Positions 24,850 through 36,241 are shown, numbered from the whole stretch's first letter. The stretch is 63,808 nt of DNA, filler included, from Octopus bimaculoides (GCF_001194135.2; 7 parts of 7 records of this genome joined end to end with filler, not necessarily neighbours in it); one strand, 5' to 3'. Notes: a model not told the origin generated them from the sequence alone. Made by a program: numbers and translations.

Positions 24850-25180
24850 AAGAAATGTAAAATAAAGTTTATTATAAACAATATTATCCACCATCTTCCC
24901 AACAACAACCTTGGGCACCTTTTTAAATTCCATATGACAAACACTCGTGGACATGCTTATAAAATCATAAAACAACACAACACCCATGACTTTCAGACAC
25001 ACTTTTTCACGCTCAAAATACGCTGAAGCATGAAATAAACTACCAGCATCAGTTGTTAGCTGTCAAGACACTACATCCTTCAAAACTTCCATGCTGCCTG
25101 AAATCCACCAACAGTATGCCTGATGGCTTTTGTTTTTTAGTTGTAGTGCACCTGAGCACTGTATTCCTTCAATTTCCTTC
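24850..25180 (+). mobile_element. CR1-type LINE 3' fragment
   Basis: TNTRGHAYKIIKQH...HFFT motif, typical of CR1/L2 RT C-termini. Confidence 0.65.
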
Positions 25181-25193
25181 ATTATATCATATA

Positions 25194-25345
25194 CTAGCAG
25201 TATAACCTGACGTTGTCCGGGTGTGACTTATTACGCCATCTACGATAAGTCTTGCTAGGTGAAAATCAACTAAAAGCCTTACAACGAAAAAACCCTTATG
25301 ATGTAAATATGTTCATAATTGAAAAGACGATGAAATTAATAGGGA
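25194..25345 (-). mobile_element. Helitron-like 3' end, second copy
   Basis: Reverse complement of about 3730-3881, including the hairpin and CTAG|T. Confidence 0.65.
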
Positions 25346-25759
25346 AAGTCTGAAGGTAGTTTTGCGTAACATTATTAAGTGTACGTAAATTTCATCCATC
25401 TAATTGGCTATACAAATGCTTGTGCAAAACAACTTTTTGCGCTGCCTTGGTTATACATAGCAGGGTAATTCCTTTTCGCAGGAGGTAGGACAGCAATTTG
25501 TGATGAAGCAATTGCTGGCGATCTGCCAGAATTCTATCAGATTGGGCAGTAGATGTTGATGCACCATTTTGCATTATGTTCAAAGTAGCTTCTGGAATGT
25601 GGTGAATTACTGCAGTCTGTTGCTGTCTTTTTAAACCTGTTGCTTTCTTTCCCCAGCAAGCTCTCTTCTTTGGAGGCATAATCTATGCACATATTAAACA
25701 GAACAACAAAAGTTATAACAGATGGCAGGGTCGGTAGTTTTCACATTTCGGTAATTTTT

Positions 25760-26330
25760 CAGATGAATGGTTAATGAGAGCTGTCAGTGTGCATGTATGA
25801 CGGATTGTAAGTGTCTTGAGAGAAAAGTTGGGCCTAAGAGGCATCAAATGTGGTGTACAAGAGACGACTGCGCTGGTCAGGTCATGTGATGCATATGGAT
25901 GAGGACAGTTGTGTAAAGAAATGCTGATCACTAACTGTGTCGGGAGCCTGTGGAAGGGGTAGACCCAGCAAGACAAGGTGGTGAAACATGATCTTCAAAC
26001 ATTGGGTCTCATGGACACAATGACTAGTGACCAAGACCATTGCTGATATGCCATGCTTGAAAAGACCCATCAAGCCAAGTGAAATCATGATCATGCCAGA
26101 TACTGGTGTCACATAATTGGCACCCATTTCTGGTGGCACATAAAAGTACCCATTACACTCTCAGAGTGGTTGGCATTAGGAAGGAAAGCCAGCCATAGAA
26201 ACCATGCCAAATCAGACTGGAGTCTGTTGCAGCCCCTCAGCTTAACAGCTCTGGTCACACCGTCCAACCAATACCAGCATAGACAATGGACATTAAATGA
26301 TGATGGTGATGACGATGATGATGATGATGA
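25760..26330 (+). mobile_element. RTE LINE derivative with a large internal deletion and (GAT)n tail
   Basis: gatgaatggttaatgagagctgt (RT region, cf. 8083) is joined directly to cagtgtgca (cf. 9075), followed by the normal 3' end. Confidence 0.8.
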
Positions 26331-26342
26331 TATATATATATC

Positions 26343-26500
26343 TTTTATCTTTTACTTGTTTCAGTCATTTTCACTGCAGCTATACTGGAGCACCACTTTC
26401 AAGGGTTTTAGTCAAACAAATTGACCCCTGGACTTTTACAGGGACATAAACACACCAACACTGGTTATCAAGCAGTGCTGGGGGACAAGCACCGACATAC
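26343..26500 (-). mobile_element. SINE family A 3' fragment
   Basis: cttttacttgtttcagtca...ctggagcacc tail in reverse orientation. Confidence 0.75.
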
Positions 26501-27428
26501 TGCTTCTTTCTCAAATAGAGATTTTCTAAAGGACTAGTTTCCTAGTAACACAATTAGTGAATTGTATTACACTGCATTTTCACAGAAAGTGTGTCAAGAG
26601 CCAGCTGGAGGAGATGTTCTCCTGGGGCTAAAAGCAACAGTAACATTCACCCTTAGGGTCTAGCCACATTTAAGTGGCAAATATACTTCACGTCATATAT
26701 ATATATATATATATATATACCAGAGTAAGCACATAAAATGTGCAACAAGGTGGAAAAAAGAGTACTCAAATACCAGAGGTAGAGTAATATGCTTTATTTA
26801 AAAGCAGCAGAAATATAACAAAAGACTGTTACTCTGAGTTTCACGGTCCCGTTCATCGGACAGTTTTGTTAGAAATGGGAAAGGAATAACAATGCAATCA
26901 AAAGTAATATAAAATTTGAAACACATAGATCTGTTTGATTGGTCGTTTCAAATAACGGTCATGGATGCGTAATGAACAAAACAAATGAATTTAATATAGA
27001 TTCATCCNNNNNNNNNNNNNNNNNNNNNNNNNNNNNNNNNNNNNNNNNNNNNNNNNNNNNNNNNNNNNNNNNNNNNNNNNNNNNNNNNNNNNNNNNNNNN
27101 NNNNNNNNNNNNNNNNNNNNNNNNNNNNNNNNNNNNNNNNNNNNNNNNNNNNNNNNNNNNNNNNNNNNNNNNNNNNNNNNNNNNNNNNNNNNNNNNNNNN
27201 NNNNNNNNNNNNNNNNNNNNNNNNNNNNNNNNNNNNNNNNNNNNNNNNNNNNNNNNNNNNNNNNNNNNNNNNNNNNNNNNNNNNNNNNNNNNNNNNNNNN
27301 NNNNNNNNNNNNNNNNNNNNNNNNNNNNNNNNNNNNNNNNNNNNNNNNNNNNNNNNNNNNNNNNNNNNNNNNNNNNNNNNNNNNNNNNNNNNNNNNNNNN
27401 NNNNNNNNNNNNNNNNNNNNNNNNNNNN

Positions 27429-27477
<49 letters not shown>

Positions 27478-27639
27478 CACACATATATATATACATATAT
27501 ATAAATATATATATATTCTTTTATATTTTTCAGCCCTAAGGCTATGAAATACATACAAATATATATATATATGCACCCAGTGCTTTGGACACACAAAATG
27601 TGCAACAACATCAAAGGAAGGTTAACAGAGAAACTAACT

Positions 27640-28810
27640 TTTGTATGTGGAAGGTGCACAGACATAATATATGCTGAATGTGTGTGGTAAATAGACTCCA
27701 TCAACTGCCAGGGGGCAAGCTAGAAGTGGTAGATAGCTTCCGGTATCTAGGCAACCAGGTAAGTAGTGGAGGTGGTTGTTCCAAGAGCGTAGCTGTGAGA
27801 ATAAAATTAGGCTGCACAAAGTTCAGACAGCTCCTGCTCCTGCTGGCAACAAAGGGCCTCTCTCTCAGAGTGAAAGGCAGATTGCTTGATGCCTGTGTGC
27901 AAACAGCTACACTGCATGGCAGTGAAACATGGGCTGTGACAGCCGAGGACATGTGTAGGCTTGAGAGAAATGAAGCCAGTATGCTTCGCTGGATGTGTAA
28001 TGTCAAGTGTGTGTATTTGACAAAGTGTAAGCATCTTAAGAGAAAAGTTAGGCATAAGAGAAATCAGATGTGGTGTGCAAGAGAGACGACTGCACTGGTA
28101 TGGATGCATATAGACGAGGACAGTTATGTAAAGAAGTGCTGATCTCTAACTGTGGAAGGAACCTGTGGTGGAAGTAGACCGGGGAAGACATGGGACGAGA
28201 TGGTGAAGCATGACCTTTGAACTTTGAACCTCACAGAGGCAATGACTAAGAGGACCCATCAAGCCAAGTGCACCTGTGCTGGTGGCACAAAAAAAAATAT
28301 CAGTTTTTCAACATTGGGCCTCACACAGGTAAAGTGTCCAAGTACCTTTCAGGCGTTGGGCCTGATGGAGGCTAAATGGCTGAGTTCCCACTGAGTGTTG
28401 GGCCTCACGGAGGCGAGGTAGGTGAGTTCCTTTCAAGCGGGCCTCACAGAGGTGAAGTTGCTCAGTTCCTTTCAAGCATTGGGCCTCATGGAGGCAAAGT
28501 GGCCGAGCTCCCTTCGAGTGTTGGGCATCGTGGAGGCAACAACCAAGACATTTGGCATTATGTCATGCTTGAGAAGAAGATCCATCGAGCTGAGCAAGAT
28601 CGCAGTCATGGTAGATACTGGTGTCACACAAATGGCACGCTTACACTCATCACACTCTCGGAGTGGTTGGCATTAGGAAGGGCATCCACCCATAGAAAAC
28701 CATGCCAAATCAGACTAGACCCTGGTACTGCCTACCAGTGTGCCAGCCCAGTCAAACCATCCAACTCATGCCAGCATGGACAACAGATGTTAAATGATGA
28801 TGATGATATA
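27640..28810 (+). mobile_element. RTE LINE 3' fragment with internal minisatellite
   Basis: LEVVDSFRYLG, KGRLLDACVQTATLHGSETW, LRWMCNV; (GAT)n tail at about 28795-28808. Confidence 0.88.
28305..28538 (+). repeat. About six 42-bp tandem units derived from RTE sequence
   Basis: Repeated ctttcaagcattgggcctcatggaggcaaagtggctgagttc-like units that resemble RTE gaccttcgaacattaggcctcaccgaggca. Confidence 0.85.
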
Positions 28811-28822
28811 TATATACATACA

Positions 28823-28910
<88 letters not shown>

Positions 28911-28919
28911 TATATATTA

Positions 28920-29250
28920 TCATCATCACCATCATCATCATCATTTAATGTCCGTTTTCCATGCTGGCATGGGTTGGATGGTTTCACTGAGGGTTGGCAA
29001 TCCAGAAAGGTGCACCAGGCTCCAATCTGATCTGGCAAAGTTTCTACAGCTGGATGCCCCTAACGCCAACCATTCCGAGAGAGTGGTGGGTGCTTTTTAC
29101 ATGCCACCAGCACAGGTGCCAATCAGGCAGCACTGTCATCGGCCACAACAATGATGTCACTTGACCCAACAGGTCTTTGCAAGTGCAGTTTATTGCCCAA
29201 TGATTGAAGGCTACTCTTAAATGGGCTGCTTATTCTGAGTAGCAGTTTTT
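28920..29250 (-). mobile_element. RTE 3' tail in inverse orientation
   Basis: (CAT)n followed by the reverse complement of the RTE 3' UTR (9840-10020). Confidence 0.85.
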
Positions 29251-29717
29251 TGTGATGTTTTTGCATTTTAATAATAAAGTGTGTATATATATATATAGAA
29301 AACAAAGTTATTTTATTCCACATGAGTAGAAATATAGGCAAAATAGAAGTTGAAAATGCACTGAGAATAGTTAAAATATTTTTTGAGTTTACGCTGATTT
29401 TCAAAAAGTTGAAATAGAAAGAGGTGGCTTATGTTGCAGCTCTCTTGCTTCTGACTAGTGTTTGAAGCTAGCCCTATTTTTATAGGGGGTTTTATGGCTT
29501 AAATTGGTATATATGTTTTGAATAAAATTTGATTGGTAGAGGGTAGCCACATGACTGGTCTTAGAAATTTTTGTAGGTTCTCCACGTCCGTGTGTTAGTA
29601 CCAAGTGATGATGTTTGGCATCATAAGTTAAGGCTGACACGGTTGACTGAACATGTCCAAACAATCAATGCTCTGAATGTTTTCTGTCAAATGTTTGTAG
29701 AGAATGAACGCATGATT

Positions 29718-29767
<50 letters not shown>

Positions 29768-30039
29768 ACATGCACACACACACACATACAGACATATATA
29801 TAAATACATTGCGTGTGTGTGTATATATATATATATATTATGGGAGAATTTACGAAAAAAACAATAGACGAAGATAGGTAGTGTAAACAACAAATGGATG
29901 NNNNNNNNNNNNNNNNNNNNNNNNNNNNNNNNNNNNNNNNNNNNTTAATTAATTAANNNNNNNNNNNNNNNNNNNNNNNNNNNNNNNNNNNNNNNNNNNN
30001 ATACACACATATACTCATAAACACTCATATATTGTGGTG

Positions 30040-30241
30040 TTATGGGCTGTGATGAGCTGTGTGTTGTGGTGGTGAGGGGTGAGGCAAACAGAGGTGAAGC
30101 CAGACCGGAAGGGTCAGATCGGAAGTCGGACACGCGGTCGAAGGCTAGCACGTGGAGTGAGTCAGAAAACAGACAGGTTACGAGAAAGACGTGTTCTGAT
30201 CAGGAGCGATCGTGTACTCCGCTGCGGTTGACAAGGTAAGG
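30040..30241 (+). promoter_or_regulatory. Candidate CpG-rich promoter / non-coding first exon with splice donor
   Basis: 13 CpGs in 30105-30230; CCGGAAG (30105), CGGAAGT (30120), CACGTG (30149), TGAGTCA (30158); donor AAG|GTAAGG at 30235/30236. Confidence 0.4.
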
Positions 30242-30662
30242 TCCAACGTTTCATTCTGTCCTTTTGCTTCTTGTTGTCTTTCTTCCTCCATCTCACCACA
30301 TATATATATATACATAAATACACATATATATACATACATAATAACACATATAGACTAAAACACACACACTCATATACATATACATAAACATATATATACA
30401 CATACACACATGTACCTACATAAACATATATATATATATATACAAATACACACTCGCACTCGCACTCACACGCTCACATATATATACATATTATATAGAT
30501 ACACATATACATACATATATGTAAAAATATATACACAGATATGTATACTCATATCTATATACATATATAAACACAATTTACACACACATATACACAGAAA
30601 CACACATATATACATATACATATCAATATATATATATATATATATATATTTGGAGGTGATGT

Positions 30663-30852
30663 AATATTCGAAAAAAAAAGGTACTCAGAGATCTGGATGG
30701 TTGTACATTCACAGATTTTTATTAATATGTCAAATGTTTTTATAAATCATATATTAGCCCTTGCATCTATTCTAGTAGAATCTCCAGATTCTGGAGATTC
30801 TACTAGATGTACAACCATCCAGATCTCTGAATACCTTATTTTTTCTAATATA
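30663..30852. repeat. Nested palindrome / small fold-back element
   Basis: Perfect 18-bp arms at 30771-30788 and 30790-30807; 31-bp inverted repeat at 30678-30708 vs 30807-30837 with one mismatch. Confidence 0.9.
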
Positions 30853-31081
30853 TATATGTATGTACGCATGTATATATATATATATATATATATACATGCA
30901 TATATGAGTACAAGCAACATGAAATATGTGAAATATGTAAAGAAAGAAGTTAAATATGTAAACAATGTATATGTGTGTGTGTGTGTGTGTAGAGTGTTAA
31001 ACACTTTTGGTATGCAAATTAGGAACTCTTTCATAGAGTAACTGTTGCATTTGTTGAATATATAAACACTTTAGCTGCTTG

Positions 31082-31177
31082 TTTCTCTGAAGACTGTCAG
31101 AATGATGTAGACGTTGCTGATGAGAACCCAATAAGGTTTGAAAATCGATGAAGGTATTTTTTCAGTCTGCAGAGAAA
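31082..31177 (+). ncRNA. Degenerate type I hammerhead-like motif
   Basis: CTGATGA-GAACC-CAATAA-GGTTT-GAAA-ATCGAT-G, enclosed by a long stem (TTTCTCTG/CAGAGAAA, AGACTG/CAGTCT). Cleavage triplet is not canonical. Confidence 0.4.
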
Positions 31178-31234
31178 TGGCTAAAATTTGCCGTGCTTGT
31201 AATTATACTATATGTTACATATATATGTATTTGT

Positions 31235-31431
31235 GTGTCTGTGTTTGTCTCCTTACCATCTCTTGACACCTGATATTGGTGTGTTTATGTCCCCATAACT
31301 TAGCGGTTCAGCAAAAGAAGTCAATAGAATAAGTACTAAGGTTACAAAGAATAAGTCCTGAGGTCGATTTGTTCGGCTAAAAGTGGTGCTCCAGCATGGC
31401 TACAATCAAATGACTGAAACAAATGAAAGAA
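31235..31431 (+). mobile_element. SINE family A, 3' half
   Basis: Same tail as 4518-4722. Confidence 0.85.
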
Positions 31432-31549
31432 TATATATATGTCTGCAATGGCCATTGGGGTCTGACAAACCATCTATAACACTAAGTGCTTTACAGATAC
31501 AAGACCATTGGTCACTATGACTGGCCATATAATTAACTTCCTGTATATA

Positions 31550-32378
31550 GTGGGTCATCCTGTAAATGATGTGGTTTCTTTATACCTCTTTTATTTTTCA
31601 AAATTAAAACAAAGTTCTTTTTTTTATTTAAAATATACTCTCCTTCATTCTCTACAATGCTCTTCCATCTATCTGGTAGACTTGCAAGGCCCCTCTTCTA
31701 AAATTCACTTGTCCATGACGGAAAATACTCCTCCAGTACTGTTCTGACCTTGTCTACAGATTTCGTATTTTTGCCATCCAAATGATTTTGAAGACTGTGG
31801 AATAAATGATAATCAGATGGGACATTGTTTCCCATTCAAACTGCTCCAGGCTTTAGAATGTCATCCTCTTGTATGTGGTTGAGCATTATCCTGATGGAAG
31901 AACACCTTTCATCTTGAAACCAAAAATGGTCGTTTTTCTTCACGCGCCGACTTGAATGATAAAATCCAAGCTTCTTAGTTCCTCGACAGTTATGATGGAA
32001 TTCTGTTCCACCAGAGTTTGCAGGATGTCCTCATCAAGCTCTACAGATCTTCCAGGATGAGGCTCATCTTCTAGATGTTTCCAGCTCAGAATTTCTGTAA
32101 CCACCATTGACACTGGCTTATGCTTATTGTCTGATCCCCATATACTGCATTAATATTCTTCACACTTTCTGCTACGTTGTTGCCTTTATTGAAATCATAA
32201 AGCAAAATATGCTGAATATGCTCCTTTGTCACTTTGTAACTTAAAATCGAACTGAACTCTTTAAAACTTGCACTAAAAATAAGAACAAGGTAAAATTACT
32301 ACCAGCTTTTATAGCAAGTTGATGCAGATAGTTCATCCTGTCCCCCTCTGACTTTTAGTTCATGCAATTTATGAAATG
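31550..32378 (-). mobile_element. mariner (Mos1/SETMAR-type) internally deleted relic
   Basis: Minus strand reads KEHIQHILLYDFNKG..AESVKNINAVYG (HTH) and DYHLFHSLQNHLDGK..LPDRWKSIVENEGEY (C-terminus). TA + gtgggtcatcc TIR-like end at 31550; the other end runs into a gap. Confidence 0.85.
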
Positions 32379-32388
32379 NNNNNNNNNN

Positions 32389-33355
32389 AGTCAAGTTCCA
32401 GATTATCTTTGCAATTTTGGCTGGTTATACTCAAGATTGCTCCAAGCTGGCCAGCCCCAAGGAAAAACTAAGCTAAGAGCATTAGATTCCTTGGAAGAAA
32501 GCCGAGAATGTATACGAAAACAAGGACGGATAAAAAACGGAGAATGTTACACAAATACAAATAACAGGACATAACAACAGGTGTCTTTCGACTAAGGACG
32601 AATTAAATTAAGCTGGCGTGTGTGGAAGTAAAGCCTTACAGCAGGGATACAAGATTTCACAGGCACAGAGTGGAATATAGATGTTGCACGGACAACGGTC
32701 GAACCACGAAAGAAAGGTTAGGCTTGGCCAAACACCAGTCATGGGGGAGAGAGAGGTAGAGGGACAGAAGAAATAAGGAGGGGTGAGAAAAAATGACAGA
32801 GACACAGTGAAGTGAAAAGAGGAGGGAAAGTGAGCATGAAGAGAAGGCAAAGAAATGTGAGAGAGGGGGAACGACTCTCCTCACATGACCGGTGTTCGGC
32901 CAAGCCTGACCTTTCTTTCTTGGTTCAACCATTGTCCGTGCAAACATCTCTATTCCTCCCTGTGAAATCTTGTATTCCTGTCGTAAGGCTTTACTTCCAC
33001 ACACGCCAGCTTAACTTAGTTCGTCCTTAGTCGAAAGACACCTGTTGTTATGTCCTGTTATTTGTATCTGTGTAACATTCTCTGTTTTTTTTTCCATCCT
33101 TCTTTTCATATACATTCGCTGCTTTCTTCCAAGGAATCTAATGCTCTTAGCTTAGTTTTTCCTTGGGGCTGGCCACATTGGAGCAATCTTGAGTATAACC
33201 AGCTGAAATTGCAAAGATAATCTGGAATTCAACTGAGGAAAGAAAATTCCGAATGACCTGTCCTTGTTTTCTTTGCATTGTCTATCTGGATGTTTTGCTG
33301 TCCCTTTTTTGTATCACCTAACTGTCTGGATGTTTTGCGTTCTTGTCCCATTTTG

Positions 33356-33358
<3 letters not shown>
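32389..33358. mobile_element. Large fold-back element: about 360-bp inverted arms around a purine-rich spacer
   Basis: 32389-32751 is mirrored by 32875-33234. A further about 125 bp at the right end is shared with the copy at 456-616. Ends at (TA)n. Confidence 0.88.
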
Positions 33359-33387
<29 letters not shown>

Positions 33388-33564
33388 NNNNNNNNNNNNN
33401 NNNNNNNNNNNNNNNNNNNNNNNNNNNNNNNNNNNNNNNNNNNNNNNNNNNNNNNNNNNNNNNNNNNNNNNNNNNNNNNNNNNNNNNNNNNNNNNNNNNN
33501 NNNNNNNNNNNNNNNNNNNNNNNNNNNNNNNNNNNNNNNNNNNNNNNNNNNNNNNNNNNNNNNN

Positions 33565-33821
33565 CGTGCAGGTGACACGTAAAAAACACCTTTTGAGCGT
33601 GGCCATTACCAGTACTGTGTGACTGGCCCTCATGCTGGTGGCACGTAAAAGCACCAACTACACTCTCGAAGTGGTTGGCGTTAGGAAGGGCATCCAGCTG
33701 TAGAAACTATGCCAGATCAGATTGGAGCCTGGTGCAGCCTTCTGGCTTGCCAGTCCTAAGTCAAATCGTCCAACCCATGGTAGCATGGAGAGTGGACGTT
33801 AAACGATGATGATGATGATGA

Positions 33822-33823
<2 letters not shown>
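33565..33823 (+). mobile_element. RTE 3' tail fragment
   Basis: gcacgtaaaagcacc...gttaaacgatgatgat. Confidence 0.85.
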
Positions 33824-33856
<33 letters not shown>

Positions 33857-33858
<2 letters not shown>

Positions 33859-34270
33859 CGTAGGAGTAGCTGTGTGGTAAGTAGCTTGCTTATGAACCAC
33901 ATGGTTCTGGGTTCAGTCCCACTGCGTGGCACCTTGGCCAAGTGTCTTCTACTATAGCCTTGGGCTGACCAAAGCCTTGTGAGTGGATTTGGTAGACGGA
34001 AACTGAAAGCCCGTCGTATATATATGTGTGTGTGTGTATACATATGTGTGTGTGTGTATGTGTGTATATGTTTGTGTGTCTGTGTTTGTCCCCCTAACAT
34101 CACTTGACAACCGATGCTAGTGTGTTTACGTCCCGTGACTTAGCGGTTTGGTAAAATAGACCGATAGAATAAGTACTAGGCTTCCAAAGAATAAGTCCTG
34201 GGTCAATTTGTTCAACTAAAGGTGGTGCTCTAGCATGACCACAGTCAAATGACTGAAACTAGTAAAAGAG
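33857..34270 (+). mobile_element. Full-length tRNA-derived SINE, family A
   Basis: Pol III A-box-like TAGCTGTGTGG and B-box-like GGTTCAGTCCC, CORE-like domain, internal (TG)n, LINE-like 3' tail. Confidence 0.88.
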
Positions 34271-34278
34271 TATATATA

Positions 34279-34371
34279 CCGTAAATCTTCGAGTATAATC
34301 CGCATTTTTTCCCCCAAATTCAAAGGTCAAAATCCCTAGTGCGTACTATACACGAGGTTAAAAATGAAAAA
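34279..34371 (+). mobile_element. Left end of a TA-flanked Tc1/pogo-group DNA element
   Basis: TA|CCGTAAATCTTCGAGTATAA terminus; runs into a gap. Confidence 0.45.
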
Positions 34372-34829
34372 NNNNNNNNNNNNNNNNNNNNNNNNNNNNN
34401 NNNNNNNNNNNNNNNTTAATTAATTAANNNNNNNNNNNNNNNNNNNNNNNNNNNNNNNNNNNNNNNNNNNNAAAATAGGTAAAGAATACTGAGATGAAAG
34501 TTTAATCTATGACGTTGTATGTATCACTTTCTCTCTCTCTCCCTCTCCCTCTTTTACTTTTACTCTCTATATTTTTTATGTTGAGCGCGTGTGTAAGAAT
34601 GGCGTTCCAGGTAGCAGGGATGAAATATAAAAGTTGCTAGAAACAACAGCCAAATCTCCCTTAAATCACACAAAGTAAACGGAATTTTAAAAATCTAATT
34701 ACTGCACTGGAAAGTTCAGATCGAGAAAATTCCATTGATGTAAAAATTTTTACGAAAAAGTGGAAAATGTGAATTTCTATAAACATTCAAAAAGGCTTCA
34801 CGCAAACACACAATTTCAGATTTATATAT

Positions 34830-36070
34830 TAAGATATAGGAGAGAGTGGGAGAAACATAACAAACAAAAATAATGGAGTTACCAAATTCTTTTATTGCAT
34901 CAATCTACAATTGTTTCATCTAAATTCGAACTCATGAATATTGCTATATTATGAAATAATATATACAACTATTGATTCATGCGGTATCATTGCAAAGACG
35001 CACTGAGTTCGACTCTTCAGAATTATGTATAAAACTGATTTGCTGTATATACTTAAATTATCAATAATTTATACTCGTATCAAGTTGAGCGTTTTTACAT
35101 GATTACATTTGCATAATACAAGCAATACAAAAGAAAATAAACCGCTGTTTTGAATAAACGGTCAAGAAGAAGGATAAATAGAAAAAGAAAGGAAAAGGTA
35201 AGGAAACAGAACAAAATGTTTAAATAAACTTATTAGACAAGGCCGAAACAATGCAATATGAAATACAAAATAGACTACAAAAGTGAAAACAACAACATTT
35301 GGTGTTTTTCTTATATTTCGATATTTTGAGGTATTGACCTCATCCTTGGGACATGTGGAGAAATGAAGGATGTAATAAGTCATTGATCAGATATGCGGTG
35401 AAGGATGGTAACATGTGCAGGCTGGAATTGTCATAATAACCAGTCTGCTTCGTGTAGTTCTTTTCTATTGTTTAAAGTTGGTCTCAGTTGGTTAATAAGG
35501 AGGGGCTCCATGATTCGTAGATTGCTTGTATTACGTTGAGTGGATACTGAGGATATTAGTGGATATTGTGAAACTCTGGGTCTGGCACTTCTACATATGT
35601 TTGAAAACTTCGCGTGTGTTCTTAGAAGCAAATGTGCTGTTTTCTAGTGGCGCTCCTAATGTAGGATGCACCACATTTGCTGAAGACTACCTCATATACC
35701 ACGCAGGTCTTCGAACATATTTTGAAGTTGTTGATGGGGCTATTAGTGTTCACTCCAGAGATGGACCATTTGTATGTGAAGTCCTTCCTTGCGGATTGCA
35801 TGATGTATAGCAGCAGTTGTTCTGTCGTTGAAACGGTAGTTTTAGGAAACGCATAACAAACTTGAAGATTACAGGCATCTTTATTAGGTTTACTGAATTC
35901 AGTGTCGTTTAAGCGCTGTTGTTTGGCGAAAGATCGAGGACAACCGAACTTAACACTCACCAATTTTAATAAAAGGACTTGCTCGTTCCATTCTTCTTGT
36001 TCATAATTGTTAAAACTCTGCGGATAATTGTGAATTTTCAGACGTGTATTTGATTAGAGAAATAATATCC
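34830..36070 (-). mobile_element. Penelope-like element 3' fragment (thumb, GIY-YIG, 3' region)
   Basis: VVYEVVFSKCGASYI (GIY-YIG) and LRIMEPLLINQLRPTLN in ORFs 35622-35963 and 35431-35631. Hammerhead relic at 34901-34944. Confidence 0.8.
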
Positions 36071-36158
36071 GAATTACTATGTCTGATAGCCTGTAACCGC
36101 GGATGAGCCTTATAGTGTAAGCTCCAGGCTTACACTATTATATAAAAATAAGTGCGTG

Positions 36159-36241
<83 letters not shown>

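Noticed and set aside
28305-28538. CRISPR-like array (also considered for 11313-11630)
   Set aside because: Whole units are homologous with no unique spacers, the context is eukaryotic, and there are no cas genes.
33231-33268. CTGAGGA...GAATGACCTGTC as a hammerhead (sister at about 545-585)
   Set aside because: GAAA is replaced by GAAT plus extra bases, and stem I does not pair in either copy.
33857-33930. tRNA gene (also SINE heads at 61279 and 62393)
   Set aside because: Only A/B-box similarity; no complete cloverleaf, and the sequence continues into SINE body.
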